From Eledone cirrhosa (taxonomy: Eukaryota), in NCBI GenBank assembly GCA_964016885.1, contig OZ024741.1, forward strand, positions 258,044,001 through 258,108,000: a DNA stretch of 64,000 bases. Reading direction: 5' to 3'. Shown here in pieces: positions 27,736 to 42,355 of the stretch. Numbering within the stretch: position 1 is the stretch's first letter; every line of letters begins with the position of its first letter. The translations under genes and the position numbers were made by a program. The notes below the pieces were generated by a model. The model had not been told where the DNA came from. It saw only the letters and a list, made by a program, of their open reading frames with translations, and did not search any database.

Positions 27736-28689
27736 ACGAGTGTTTCGACTTACGAGTGTTTCGACATACGAGTGTTTCGACTTACGAATGTTTTGACTTA
27801 CGGGTATTTCGGCTTGCGAGTGTTTCGACTTACGAGTGTTTCGGCTTACGAGTGTTTTGACTTAAGGGTGTTTCGACTTACGAGTGTTTCGATACGAGTG
27901 TTTCGACTTACGAGTGTTCTGACTTACGAGTGTTCCGACTTACGAGTGTCTCGCCTTACGAGTGTTTCGGCTTACGAGTGTTTCGACTTACGAGTGTTTC
28001 GACTTACGAGTGTTCCGACTTACGGGTGTTTCGACTTACGAGTGTTTTGGCTTACGGTGTTTCGACTTACGAGTGTTTCGGCTTACGAGTGTTTTGACTT
28101 AAGGGTGTTTCGACTTACGAGTGTTTCGATACGAGTGTTTCGACTTACGAGTGTTCTGACTTACGATTGTTCTGACTTACGAGCGTTCTGACTTACGAGT
28201 GTTCTGACTTACGAGTGTTCTGATTTTTGGATGTTTCGACACACGAGTGTTTCGAATTACGAGTGTTTCGACTTACGAGTGTTTTGACTTACGGGTGTTT
28301 TGACATACAAGTGTTTCGATACGAGTGTTTCGACTTACGAGTGTTCTGACTTACGAGTGTTCTGACTTACGAGTGTTCTGACTTACGAGTGTTCTTACTT
28401 ACGAGTGTTCCGACTTACGAGTGTTTCGGCTTACGAGTGTTTCGACATACGAGTGTTCCGACTTACGGGTGTTTCGACTTACGAGTGTTTTGGCTTACGG
28501 TGTTTCGGCTTACGAGTGTTTCGAGTTACGAGTGTTTTGACTTACGCGTGTTTTGACATACGAGTGTTTCGATACGAGTGTTCTGACTTACGAGTGTTCT
28601 GACTTACGAGTGTTCTGACTTACGAGTGTTCCGACTTTACGAGTGTTTCGGCTCACGAGTGTTTCGGCTTACGAGTGTTTCGACTTACA

Positions 28690-28769
28690 AAAATAACAAA
28701 TAGACGCGGTTTCAAATCTCTATGCTTTTCAAATTCATTACATTAATCTTTATTTATACGTTTCGCTTT
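28690..28769 (+). repeat. AT-rich island, copy 18 (TTACA junction)
   Basis: Direct match to island consensus. Confidence 0.97.
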
Positions 28770-29077
28770 ATGAGTGTTTCGACTTACGAGTGTTTCGAAA
28801 TACGAGTGTTTCGGCTTACGAGTGTTTTGATTTACGAGTGTTTTGACTTACGGGTGCTTCGACTTACGCGTGTTTCGACTTACGAGTGTTTCGACTTACG
28901 AGTGTTTCGACTTACGAGTGTTTGGGCTTACGAGTGTTTTGACTTACGAATGTTTTGACTTACGATTGTTTCGGCTTACGAGTGTTCTGACTTACGAGTG
29001 TTCTGACTTACGAGTGTTCCGACTTTACGAGTGTTTCGGCTCACGAGTGTTTCGGCTTACGAGTGTTTCGACTCACG

Positions 29078-29157
29078 AAAACAACATATAGACGCGGTTT
29101 CAAATCTCTATGCTTTTCAAATTCATTACATTAATCTTTATTTATACGTTTCGCTTT
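29078..29157 (+). repeat. AT-rich island, copy 19 (AAAACAACATATAG variant)
   Basis: Direct match. Confidence 0.97.
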
Positions 29158-30241
29158 ACGAGTGTTTCGACTTACGAGTGTTTCGACATACGAGTGTTTC
29201 GACTTACGAATGTTTTGACTTACGGGTATTTCGGCTTGCGAGTGTTTCGACTTACGAGTGTTTCGACTTACGAGTGTTCCGACTTACGGGTGTTTCGACT
29301 TACGAGTGATTCGACTTACGAGCGATTCGACTTACGAATGTTTTGACTTACGGGTGTTTCGGCTTGCGAGTGTTTCGACTTACGAGTGTTTCGACTTACG
29401 AGTGTTTTGACTTACGAATGTTTTGACTTACGGGTGTTTCGGCTTACGAGTGTTTCGACTTACGAGTGTTTCGGCTTGCGAGTGTTTCGACTTACTAATG
29501 TTTTTACTTACGAGTGTTTCGGCGTACGAGTGTTTCGACTTACGAGTGTTTCGACTTACGGGTGTTTTGACTTACGGGTGTTTCGGCTTACGAGTGTTTC
29601 GACTTACGAGTGTTTTGACTTAAGGGTGTTTCGACTTACGAGTGTTTCGACTTACGAGTGTTTCGACTTACGAGTGTTTCGGATTACGAATGTTTTGACT
29701 TGAGGGTTTTCGACTTACGAGTGTTTCGACACGAGTGTTTCGACTTACGAGTTTTCTGACTTACGAGTGTTCTGATTTATGGATGTTTCGACACACGAGT
29801 GTTTCGAATTACGAGTGTTTCGACTTACGAGTGTTTTGACTTACGGGTGTTTTGACATACGAGTGTTTCGATACGAGTGTTTCGACTTACGAGTGTTCTG
29901 ACTTACGAGTGTTCTGACTTACGAGTGTTCTGACTTACAAGTGTTCTTACTTACGAGTGTTCCGACTTACGAGTGTTTCGGCTTACGAGTGTTTCGACAT
30001 ACGAGTGTTCAGACTTACGGGTGTTTCGACTTCCGAGTGTTTTGGCTTACGGTGTTTCGGCTTACGAGTGTTTCGAGTTACGAGTGTTTTGACTTACGCG
30101 TGTTTTGACATACGAGTGTTTCGATACGAGTGTTCTGACTTACGAGTGTTCTGACTTACGAGTGTTCTGACTTACGAGTGTTCCGACTTTACGAGTGTTT
30201 CGGCTCACGAGTGTTTCGGCTTACGAGTGTTTCGACTTACA

Positions 30242-30321
30242 AAAATAACAAATAGACGCGGTTTCAAATCTCTATGCTTTTCAAATTCATTACATTAATC
30301 TTTATTTATACGTTTCGCTTT
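30242..30321 (+). repeat. AT-rich island, copy 20 (TTACA junction)
   Basis: Direct match to island consensus. Confidence 0.97.
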
Positions 30322-33300
30322 ATGAGTGTTTCGACTTACGAGTGTTTCGACATTCGAGTGTTTCGGCTTACGAGTGTTTTGATTTACGAGTGTTTTGACT
30401 TACGGGTGCTTCGACTTACGCGTGTTTCGACTTACGAGTGTTTCGACTTACGAGTGTTTCGACTTACGAGTGTTTGGGCTTACGAGTGTTTTGACTTACG
30501 AATGTTTTGACCTTACGAGTGTTTCGGCTTACGAGTGTTCCGACTTAAGGATGTTTCGACTTACGAGTGTTTCGACTTACGAGTGTTTCGGCTTACGTGA
30601 GTTTCGACTTAAGGGTGTTTTGACTTACGGGTGTTGTGAATTACGAGTGTTCCGATTTACGAGTGTTTTGACTTACGGTGTTTCGGCTTACGAGTTATTC
30701 GACTTACGAATGTTTTGACTTACGGGTGTTTCGGCTTGCGAGTGTTTCGACTTACGAGTGTTTCGGCTTATGAGTGTTTCGATTACTAATGTTTTTACTT
30801 ACGAGTGTTTCGGCGTACGAGTGTTTTGACTTACGAGTGTTTCGACTTACGAGTGTTTTGACTTACGAATGTTTTGATTTACGGGTGTTTCGGCTTACGA
30901 GTCTTTCGACTTACGAGTGTTTCGGCTGGCGAGTGTTTCGACTTACGAGTGTTTTGACTTAAGGGTGTTTCCACTTACGAGTGTTTCGACTTACGAGTGT
31001 TTCGACTTACGAGTGTTTCGGCTTACGAGTGTTTTGACTTAAGGGTGTTTCGACTTACGAGTGTTTCGATACGAGTGTTTCGACTTACGAGTGTTCTGAC
31101 TTACGAATATTCCGACTTACGAGTGTCTCGGCTTACGAGTGTTTCAGCTTACGAGTGTTTCGACTTACGAGTGTTCTGACTACGAGTGTTCTGACTTACG
31201 GGTGTTCTGACTTACGAGTGTTCCGACTTACGAGTGTTTCGGCTTATGAGTGTTTCGACTTACGAGTGCTTCGACTTACGAGTGTTTCGGCTTACGGGTG
31301 TTTCGACTTACGAATGTTTTTGCTTACGAGTGTTTCGGCTTACGAGTGTTTCGGCTTATGAGTGTTTCGAATTACGAGTGTTTTGACTTACGGGTGTTTT
31401 GACATACGAGTGTTTCGATACGAGTGTTCTGACATACGAGTGTTTCCGCTTACGAGTGTTCCGACTTACGACTGTTTCGACTTACGAGTGTTTTTACTTA
31501 CGAGTATTCCGACTTACGAGTGTTTCGGCTTACGGGTGTTTCGACGTACGAGTATTTTTGGCTTACGAGTGTTTCGACTTACGAGTGTTTTGAATTACGA
31601 TTGTTTCGGCTTACGAGTGTTTCGACTTACGAGTATTTCGACTTACGAGTGTTTTGACTTATGGGTGTTTTGACATACGAGTGTTTCGATACGAATGCTC
31701 TGACTTACGAGTGTTCTGACTTACGAGTGTTCTGACTTACGAGTGTTCTGACTTACGGGTGTTCTGACTTACGTGTGTTCCGACTTACGAGTGTTTCGGC
31801 TATGGGTGTTTCGACTTACGAGTGTTTCGACTTACGAATGTTTTGGCTTACGAGTGTTTCGGCTTACGAGTGTTTCGATACGAGTGTTTCGAATTACGAG
31901 TGTTCTGACTTACGAGTGTTCCGACTTACGAGTGTCTCGGCTTACGAGTGTTTCGATACGAGTGTTTCGACTTACGAGTGTTTCGACTTACGAGTGTTTC
32001 GACTTACGAGTGTTCTGATTTACGGATGTTTCGACATAGGAGTGTTTCGACTTACGAGTGTTTCGACTTACGAGTGTTTTGACTTACGTGTGTTTTGACA
32101 TACGAGTGTTTCGATACGAGTGTTTCGACTTACGAGTGTTCTGACTTACGATTGTTCTGACTTACGAGCGTTCTGACTTACGAGTGTTTCGGCTTACGAG
32201 TGTTTCGGCTTACGAGTGTTTCGACTTACGAGTGTTTCGACTTACGAGTGTTCCGACTTACGGGTGTTTCGACTTACGAGTGTTTTGGCTTACGGTGTTT
32301 CGACTTACGAGTGTTTCGAGTTAAGAGTGTTTTGACTTACGCGTGTTTTGACATACGAGTGTTCTGACTTACGAGTGTTCTGACTTACGAGTGTTCTGAC
32401 TTACGAGTGTTCTGACTTACGAGTGTTCTGACTTACGAGTGTTCCGACTTTACGAGTGTTTCGGCTCACGAGTGTTTCGGCTTACGAGTGTTTCCGGCTT
32501 ACGAGTGTTTCGACTTACGAGTGTTTCGACTTACGAGTGTTTTGACTTACGGTGTTTCGGCTTACGAGTGATTAGACTTACGAGTGTTTTGACTTACGGG
32601 TGTTTTGACTTACGGGTGTTGTGAATTACGAGTGTTCCGATTTACGAGTGTTTTGACTTACAGTGTTTCGGCTTACAAGTGATTCGACTTACGAATGTTT
32701 TGACGTACGGGTGTTTCGGCTTGCGAGTGTTTCGACTTACGAGTGTTTCGGCTTATGAGTGTTTCGACTTACTAATGTTTTTACTTACGAGTTTTTCGGC
32801 GTACGAGTGTTTTGACATACGAGTGTTTCGACTTACGAGTGTTTTGACTTACGAATGTTTTGACTTACGGGTGTTTCGGCTTACGAGTGTTTCGACTTAC
32901 GAGTGTTTCGGCTTGCGAGTGTTTCGACTTACTAATGTTTTTACTTACGAGTGTTTCGGCGTACGAGTGTTTCGACTTACGAGTGTTTCGACTTACGGGT
33001 GTTTCGGCTTACGAGTGTTTCGACTTACGAGTGTTTTGACTTAAGGGTGTTTCGACTTACGAGTGTTTCGACTTACGAGTGTTTCGACTTACGAGTGTTT
33101 CGGATTACGAGTGTTTTGACTTGAGGGTTTTCGACTTATGAGTGTTTCGATACGAGTGTTTCGACTTACGAGTGCTCTGACTTACGAGTGTTCTGATTTA
33201 CGGATGTTTCGACACACGAGTGTTTCGAATTACGAGTGTTTCGACTTACGAGTGTTTTGACTTACGGGTGTTTTGACATACGAGTGTTTCGATACGAGTG

Positions 33301-33868
33301 TTTCGACTTACGAGTGTTCTGACTTACGAGTGTTCTGACTTACGAGTGTTCTGACTTACGAGCGTTCTGACTTACGAGTGTTCTGACTTACGAGTGTTCT
33401 GATTTTTGGATGTTTCGACACACGAGTGTTTCGAATTACGAGTGTTTCGACTTACGAGTGTTTTGACTTACGGGTGTTTTGACATACGAGTGTTTCGATA
33501 CGAGTGTTTCGACTTACGAGTGTTCTGACTTACGAGTGTTCTGACTTACGAGTGTTCTGACTTACGAGTGTTCTTACTTACGAGTGTTCCGACTTACGAG
33601 TGTTTCGGCTTACGAGTGTTTCGACATACGAGTGTTCCGACTTACGGGTGTTTCGACTTACGAGTGTTTTGGCTTACGGTGTTTCGGCTTACGAGTGTTT
33701 CGAGTTACGAGTGTTTTGACTTACGCGTGTTTTGACATACGAGTGTTTCGATACGAGTGTTCTGACTTACGAGTGTTCTGACTTACGAGTGTTCTGACTT
33801 ACGAGTGTTCCGACTTTACGAGTGTTTCGGCTCACGAGTGTTTCGGCTTACGAGTGTTTCGACTTACA

Positions 33869-33948
33869 AAAATAACAAATAGACGCGGTTTCAAATCTCT
33901 ATGCTTTTCAAATTCATTACATTAATCTTTATTTATACGTTTCGCTTT
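33869..33948 (+). repeat. AT-rich island, copy 21 (TTACA junction)
   Basis: Direct match to island consensus. Confidence 0.97.
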
Positions 33949-34256
33949 ATGAGTGTTTCGACTTACGAGTGTTTCGAAATACGAGTGTTTCGGCTTACGA
34001 GTGTTTTGATTTACGAGTGTTTTGACTTACGGGTGCTTCGACTTACGCGTGTTTCGACTTACGAGTGTTTCGACTTACGAGTGTTTCGACTTACGAGTGT
34101 TTGGGCTTACGAGTGTTTTGACTTACGAATGTTTTGACTTACGATTGTTTCGGCTTACGAGTGTTCTGACTTACGAGTGTTCTGACTTACGAGTGTTCCG
34201 ACTTTACGAGTGTTTCGGCTCACGAGTGTTTCGGCTTACGAGTGTTTCGACTCACG

Positions 34257-34336
34257 AAAACAACATATAGACGCGGTTTCAAATCTCTATGCTTTTCAAA
34301 TTCATTACATTAATCTTTATTTATACGTTTCGCTTT
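34257..34336 (+). repeat. AT-rich island, copy 22 (AAAACAACATATAG variant)
   Basis: Direct match. Confidence 0.97.
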
Positions 34337-35420
34337 ACGAGTGTTTCGACTTACGAGTGTTTCGACATACGAGTGTTTCGACTTACGAATGTTTTGACTT
34401 ACGGGTATTTCGGCTTGCGAGTGTTTCGACTTACGAGTGTTTCGACTTACGAGTGTTCCGACTTACGGGTGTTTCGACTTACGAGTGATTCGACTTACGA
34501 GCGATTCGACTTACGAATGTTTTGACTTACGGGTGTTTCGGCTTGCGAGTGTTTCGACTTACGAGTGTTTCGACTTACGAGTGTTTTGACTTACGAATGT
34601 TTTGACTTACGGGTGTTTCGGCTTACGAGTGTTTCGACTTACGAGTGTTTCGGCTTGCGAGTGTTTCGACTTACTAATGTTTTTACTTACGAGTGTTTCG
34701 GCGTACGAGTGTTTCGACTTACGAGTGTTTCGACTTACGGGTGTTTTGACTTACGGGTGTTTCGGCTTACGAGTGTTTCGACTTACGAGTGTTTTGACTT
34801 AAGGGTGTTTCGACTTACGAGTGTTTCGACTTACGAGTGTTTCGACTTACGAGTGTTTCGGATTACGAATGTTTTGACTTGAGGGTTTTCGACTTACGAG
34901 TGTTTCGACACGAGTGTTTCGACTTACGAGTTTTCTGACTTACGAGTGTTCTGATTTATGGATGTTTCGACACACGAGTGTTTCGAATTACGAGTGTTTC
35001 GACTTACGAGTGTTTTGACTTACGGGTGTTTTGACATACGAGTGTTTCGATACGAGTGTTTCGACTTACGAGTGTTCTGACTTACGAGTGTTCTGACTTA
35101 AGAGTGTTCTGACTTACAAGTGTTCTTACTTACGAGTGTTCCGACTTACGAGTGTTTCGGCTTACGAGTGTTTCGACATACGAGTGTTCAGACTTACGGG
35201 TGTTTCGACTTCCGAGTGTTTTGGCTTACGGTGTTTCGGCTTACGAGTGTTTCGAGTTACGAGTGTTTTGACTTACGCGTGTTTTGACATACGAGTGTTT
35301 CGATACGAGTGTTCTGACTTACGAGTGTTCTGACTTACGAGTGTTCTGACTTACGAGTGTTCCGACTTTACGAGTGTTTCGGCTCACGAGTGTTTCGGCT
35401 TACGAGTGTTTCGACTTACA

Positions 35421-35500
35421 AAAATAACAAATAGACGCGGTTTCAAATCTCTATGCTTTTCAAATTCATTACATTAATCTTTATTTATACGTTTCGCTTT
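35421..35500 (+). repeat. AT-rich island, copy 23 (TTACA junction)
   Basis: Direct match to island consensus. Confidence 0.97.
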
Positions 35501-38500
35501 ATGAGTGTTTCGACTTACGAGTGTTTCGACATTCGAGTGTTTCGGCTTACGAGTGTTTTGATTTACGAGTGTTTTGACTTACGGGTGCTTCGACTTACGC
35601 GTGTTTCGACTTACGAGTGTTTCGACTTACGAGTGTTTCGACTTACGAGTGTTTGGGCTTACGAGTGTTTTGACTTACGAATGTTTTGACCTTACGAGTG
35701 TTTCGGCTTACGAGTGTTCCGACTTAAGGATGTTTCGACTTACGAGTGTTTCGACTTACGAGTGTTTCGGCTTACGTGAGTTTCGACTTAAGGGTGTTTT
35801 GACTTACGGGTGTTGTGAATTACGAGTGTTCCGATTTACGAGTGTTTTGACTTACGGTGTTTCGGCTTACGAGTTATTCGACTTACGAATGTTTTGACTT
35901 ACGGGTGTTTCGGCTTGCGAGTGTTTCGACTTACGAGTGTTTCGGCTTATGAGTGTTTCGATTACTAATGTTTTTACTTACGAGTGTTTCGGCGTACGAG
36001 TGTTTTGACTTACGAGTGTTTCGACTTACGAGTGTTTTGACTTACGAATGTTTTGATTTACGGGTGTTTCGGCTTACGAGTCTTTCGACTTACGAGTGTT
36101 TCGGCTGGCGAGTGTTTCGACTTACGAGTGTTTTGACTTAAGGGTGTTTCCACTTACGAGTGTTTCGACTTACGAGTGTTTCGACTTACGAGTGTTTCGG
36201 CTTACGAGTGTTTTGACTTAAGGGTGTTTCGACTTACGAGTGTTTCGATACGAGTGTTTCGACTTACGAGTGTTCTGACTTACGAATATTCCGACTTACG
36301 AGTGTCTCGGCTTACGAGTGTTTCAGCTTACGAGTGTTTCGACTTACGAGTGTTCTGACTACGAGTGTTCTGACTTACGGGTGTTCTGACTTACGAGTGT
36401 TCCGACTTACGAGTGTTTCGGCTTATGAGTGTTTCGACTTACGAGTGCTTCGACTTACGAGTGTTTCGGCTTACGGGTGTTTCGACTTACGAATGTTTTT
36501 GCTTACGAGTGTTTCGGCTTACGAGTGTTTCGGCTTATGAGTGTTTCGAATTACGAGTGTTTTGACTTACGGGTGTTTTGACATACGAGTGTTTCGATAC
36601 GAGTGTTCTGACATACGAGTGTTTCCGCTTACGAGTGTTCCGACTTACGACTGTTTCGACTTACGAGTGTTTTTACTTACGAGTATTCCGACTTACGAGT
36701 GTTTCGGCTTACGGGTGTTTCGACGTACGAGTATTTTTGGCTTACGAGTGTTTCGACTTACGAGTGTTTTGAATTACGATTGTTTCGGCTTACGAGTGTT
36801 TCGACTTACGAGTATTTCGACTTACGAGTGTTTTGACTTATGGGTGTTTTGACATACGAGTGTTTCGATACGAATGCTCTGACTTACGAGTGTTCTGACT
36901 TACGAGTGTTCTGACTTACGAGTGTTCTGACTTACGGGTGTTCTGACTTACGTGTGTTCCGACTTACGAGTGTTTCGGCTATGGGTGTTTCGACTTACGA
37001 GTGTTTCGACTTACGAATGTTTTGGCTTACGAGTGTTTCGGCTTACGAGTGTTTCGATACGAGTGTTTCGAATTACGAGTGTTCTGACTTACGAGTGTTC
37101 CGACTTACGAGTGTCTCGGCTTACGAGTGTTTCGATACGAGTGTTTCGACTTACGAGTGTTTCGACTTACGAGTGTTTCGACTTACGAGTGTTCTGATTT
37201 ACGGATGTTTCGACATAGGAGTGTTTCGACTTACGAGTGTTTCGACTTACGAGTGTTTTGACTTACGTGTGTTTTGACATACGAGTGTTTCGATACGAGT
37301 GTTTCGACTTACGAGTGTTCTGACTTACGATTGTTCTGACTTACGAGCGTTCTGACTTACGAGTGTTTCGGCTTACGAGTGTTTCGGCTTACGAGTGTTT
37401 CGACTTACGAGTGTTTCGACTTACGAGTGTTCCGACTTACGGGTGTTTCGACTTACGAGTGTTTTGGCTTACGGTGTTTCGACTTACGAGTGTTTCGAGT
37501 TAAGAGTGTTTTGACTTACGCGTGTTTTGACATACGAGTGTTCTGACTTACGAGTGTTCTGACTTACGAGTGTTCTGACTTACGAGTGTTCTGACTTACG
37601 AGTGTTCTGACTTACGAGTGTTCCGACTTTACGAGTGTTTCGGCTCACGAGTGTTTCGGCTTACGAGTGTTTCCGGCTTACGAGTGTTTCGACTTACGAG
37701 TGTTTCGACTTACGAGTGTTTTGACTTACGGTGTTTCGGCTTGCGAGTGTTTCGACTTACGAGTGTTTCGGCTTATGAGTGTTTCGACTTACTAATGTTT
37801 TTACTTACGAGTTTTTCGGCGTACGAGTGTTTTGACATACGAGTGTTTCGACTTACGAGTGTTTTGACTTACGAATGTTTTGACTTACGGGTGTTTCGGC
37901 TTACGAGTGTTTCGACTTACGAGTGTTTCGGCTTGCGAGTGTTTCGACTTACTAATGTTTTTACTTACGAGTGTTTCGGCGTACGAGTGTTTCGACTTAC
38001 GAGTGTTTCGACTTACGGGTGTTTCGGCTTACGAGTGTTTCGACTTACGAGTGTTTTGACTTAAGGGTGTTTCGACTTACGAGTGTTTCGACTTACGAGT
38101 GTTTCGACTTACGAGTGTTTCGGATTACGAGTGTTTTGACTTGAGGGTTTTCGACTTATGAGTGTTTCGATACGAGTGTTTCGACTTACGAGTGCTCTGA
38201 CTTACGAGTGTTCTGATTTACGGATGTTTCGACACACGAGTGTTTCGAATTACGAGTGTTTCGACTTACGAGTGTTTTGACTTACGGGTGTTTTGACATA
38301 CGAGTGTTTCGATACGAGTGTTTCGACTTACGAGTGTTCTGACTTACGAGTGTTCTGACTTACGAGTGTTCTGACTTACGAGTGTTCCGACTTACGAGTG
38401 TTTCGGCTTACGAGTGTTTCGGCTTACGAGTGTTTCGGCTTACGAGTGTTTTGACTTACGAATGTTCTGACTACGAGTGTTCTGACTTACGGGTGTTCTG

Positions 38501-41500
38501 ACTTACGAGTGTTCCGACTTACGAGTGATTCGGCTTATGAGTGTTTCGACTTACGGGCGTTTCGACGTACGGGTGTTTCGACTTACGAGTGTTTTGACTT
38601 ACGAGTGTTCTGACTTACGAGTGTTCTGACTTACGAGTGTTCCGACTTACGACTGTTTCGACTTACGAGTGTTTTGACTTAAGAGTATTCCGACTTACGA
38701 GTGTTTCGGCTTACGGGTGTTTCGACGTACGAGTATTTTTGGCTTACGAGTGTTTCGACTTACGAGTGTTTTGAATTACGATTGTTTCGGCTTACGAGTG
38801 TTTCGACTTACGAGTATTTCGACTTACGAGTGTTTTGACTTATGGGTGTTTTGACATACGAGTGTTTCGATACGAATGCTCTGACTTACGAGTGTTCTGA
38901 CTTACGAGTGTTCTGACTTACGAGTGTTCTGACTTACGGGTGTACTGACATACGTGTGTTCCGACTTACGAGTGTTTCGGCTATGGGTGTTTCGACTTAC
39001 GAGTGTTTCGACTTACGAATGTTTTGGGTTACGAGTGTTTCGGCTTACGAGTGTTTCGACTTACGAATGTTTTGACTTACGGTGTTTCGGCTTACGAGTT
39101 ATTCGACATACGAGTGTTTCGACTTACGGGTGTTTCGACTTACGAGTGTTTCGATTTATGAGTGTTTCGACTTACGAGTGTTCTGACCTACGAGTGTTCT
39201 GACTTACGAGTGTTCCGACTTACGAGTGTTTAGGTTTACGAGTGTTTCGACACACGAGTGTTTTGACTTACGGGGGTTTCGACTTACGGGTGTTTCGACT
39301 TACGAGTGTTTCGGCTTACGAGTGTTCCGACTTAAGGATGTTTCGACTTACGAGTGTTTCGACTTACGAGTGTTTCGGCTTACGTGAGTTTCGACTTAAG
39401 GGTGTTTTGACTTACGGGTGTTGTGAATTACGAGTGTTCCGATTTACGAGTGTTTTGACCTACGGTGTTTCGGCTTACGAGTTATTCGACTTACGAATGT
39501 TTTGACTTACGGGTGTTTCGGCTTGCGAGTGTTTCGACTTACGAGTGTTTCGGCTTATGAGTGTTTCGATTACTAATGTTTTTACTTACGAGTGTTTCGG
39601 CGTACGAGTGTTTTGACTTACGAGTGTTTCGACTTACGAGTGTTTTGACTTACGAATGTTTTGATTTACGGGTGTTTCGGCTTACGAGTCTTTCGACTTA
39701 CGAGTGTTTCGGCTGGCGAGTGTTTCGACTTACGAGTGTTTTGACTTAAGGGTGTTTCGACTTACGAGTGTTTCGACTTACGAGTGTTTCGACTTACGAG
39801 TGTTTCGGCTTACGAGTGTTTTGACTTAAGGGTGTTTCGACTTACGAGTGTTTCGATACGAGTGTTTCGACTTACGAGTGTTCTGACTTACGAATATTCC
39901 GACTTACGAGTGTCTCGGCTTACGAGTGTTTCAGCTTACGAGTGTTTCGACTTACGAATGTTTTGACTTACGATTGTTTCGGCTTACGAGTGTTTCGACT
40001 TACGAGTGTTCTGACTACGAGTGTTCTGACTTACGGGTGTTCTGACTTACGAGTGTTCCGACTTACGAGTGTTTCGGCTTATGAGTGTTTCGACTTACGA
40101 GTGCTTCGACTTACGAGTGTTTCGGCTTACGGGTGTTTCGACTTACGAATGTTTTTGCTTACGAGTGTTTCGGCTTACGAGTGTTTCGGCTTATGAGTGT
40201 TTCGAATTACGAGTGTTTTGACTTACGGGTGTTTTGACATACGAGTGTTTCGATACGAGTGTTCTGACTTACGAGTGTTTCCGCTTACGAGTGTTCCGAC
40301 TTACGACTGTTTCGACTTACGAGTGTTTTTACTTACGAGTATTCCGACTTACGAGTGTTTCGGCTTACGGGTGTTTCGACGTACGAGTATTTTTGGCTTA
40401 CGAGTGTTTCGACTTACGAGTGTTTTGAATTACGATTGTTTCGGCTTACGAGTGTTTCGACTTACGAGTATTTCGACTTACGAGTGTTTTGACTTATGGG
40501 TGTTTTGACATACGAGTGTTTCGATACGAATGCTCTGACTTACGAGTGTTCTGACTTACGAGTGTTCTGACTTACGAGTGTTCTGACTTACGGGTGTTCT
40601 GACTTACGTGTGTTCCGACTTACGAGTGTTTCGGCTATGGGTGTTTCGACTTACGAGTGTTTCGACTTACGAATGTTTTGGCTTACGAGTGTTTCGGCTT
40701 ACGAGTGTTTCGATACGAGTGTTTCGAATTACGAGTGTTCTGACTTACGAGTGTTCCGACTTACGAGTGTCTCGGCTTACGAGTGTTTCGATACGAGTGT
40801 TTCGACTTACGAGTGTTTCGACTTACGAGTGTTTCGACTTACGAGTGTTCTGATTTACGGATGTTTCGACATAGGAGTGTTTCGACTTACGAGTGTTTCG
40901 ACTTACGAGTGTTTTGACTTACGTGTGTTTTGACATACGAGTGTTTCGATACGAGTGTTTCGACTTACGAGTGTTCTGACTTACGATTGTTCTGACTTAC
41001 GAGCGTTCTGACTTACGAGTGTTTCGGCTTACGAGTGTTTCGGCTTACGAGTGTTTCGACTTACGAGTGTTTCGACTTACGAGTGTTCCGACTTACGGGT
41101 GTTTCGACTTACGAGTGTTTTGGCTTACGGTGTTTCGACTTACGAGTGTTTCGAGTTAAGAGTGTTTTGACTTACGCGTGTTTTGACATACGAGTGTTCT
41201 GACTTACGAGTGTTCTGACTTACGAGTGTTCTGACTTACGAGTGTTCTGACTTACGAGTGTTCTGACTTACGAGTGTTCCGACTTTACGAGTGTTTCGGC
41301 TCACGAGTGTTTCGGCTTACGAGTGTTTCCGGCTTACGAGTGTTTCGACTTACGAGTGTTTCGACTTACGAGTGTTTTGACTTACGGTGTTTCGGCTTAC
41401 GAGTGATTAGACTTACGAGTGTTTTGACTTACGGGTGTTTTGACTTACGGGTGTTGTGAATTACGAGTGTTCCGATTTACGAGTGTTTTGACTTACAGTG

Positions 41501-42275
41501 TTTCGGCTTACAAGTGATTCGACTTACGAATGTTTTGACGTACGGGTGTTTCGGCTTGCGAGTGTTTCGACTTACGAGTGTTTCGGCTTATGAGTGTTTC
41601 GACTTACTAATGTTTTTACTTACGAGTGTTTCGGCGTACGAGTGTTTTGACATACGAGTGTTTCGACTTACGAGTGTTTTGACTTACGAATGTTTTGACT
41701 TACGGGTGTTTCGGCTTACGAGTGTTTCGACTTACGAGTGTTTCGGCTTGCGAGTGTTTCGACTTACAAATGTTTTTACTTACGAGTGTTTCGGCGTACG
41801 AGTGTTTCGACTTACGAGTGTTTCGACTTACGGGTGTTTCGGCTTACGAGTGTTTCGACTTACGAGTGTTTTGACTTAAGGGTGTTTCGACTTACGAGTG
41901 TTTCGACTTACAAGTGTTTCGACTTACGAGTGTTTCGGATTACGAGTGTTTTGACTTGAGGGTTTTCGACTTATGAGTGTTTCGATACGAGTGTTTCGAC
42001 TTACGAGTGCTCTGACTTACGAGTGTTCTGATTTACGGATGTTTCGACACACGAGTGTTTCGAATTACGAGTGTTTCGACTTACGAGTGTTTTGACTTAC
42101 GGGTGTTTTGACATACGAGTGTTTCGATACGAGTGTTTCGACTTACGAGTGTTCTGACTTACGAGTGTTCTGACTTACGAGTGTTCTGACTTACGAGTGT
42201 TCTTACTTACGAGTGTTCCGACTTACGCGTGTTTAGGCTTACGAGTGTTTCGACTTACGAGTGTTCCGACTTACA

Positions 42276-42355
42276 AAAATAACAAATAGACGCGGTTTCA
42301 AATCTCTATGCTTTTCAAATTCATTACATTAATCTTTATTTATACGTTTCGCTTT
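42276..42355 (+). repeat. AT-rich island, copy 24 (TTACA junction)
   Basis: Direct match to island consensus. Confidence 0.97.

Larger units (their letters stand above)
28168..38380 (+). repeat. Tandem block duplication, period 5179 bp (second copy lacks 159 bp)
   Basis: ORF series offset by 5179 (28405/33584 ... 32439/37618), then 5020 (ends 33044/38064). Confidence 0.93.
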
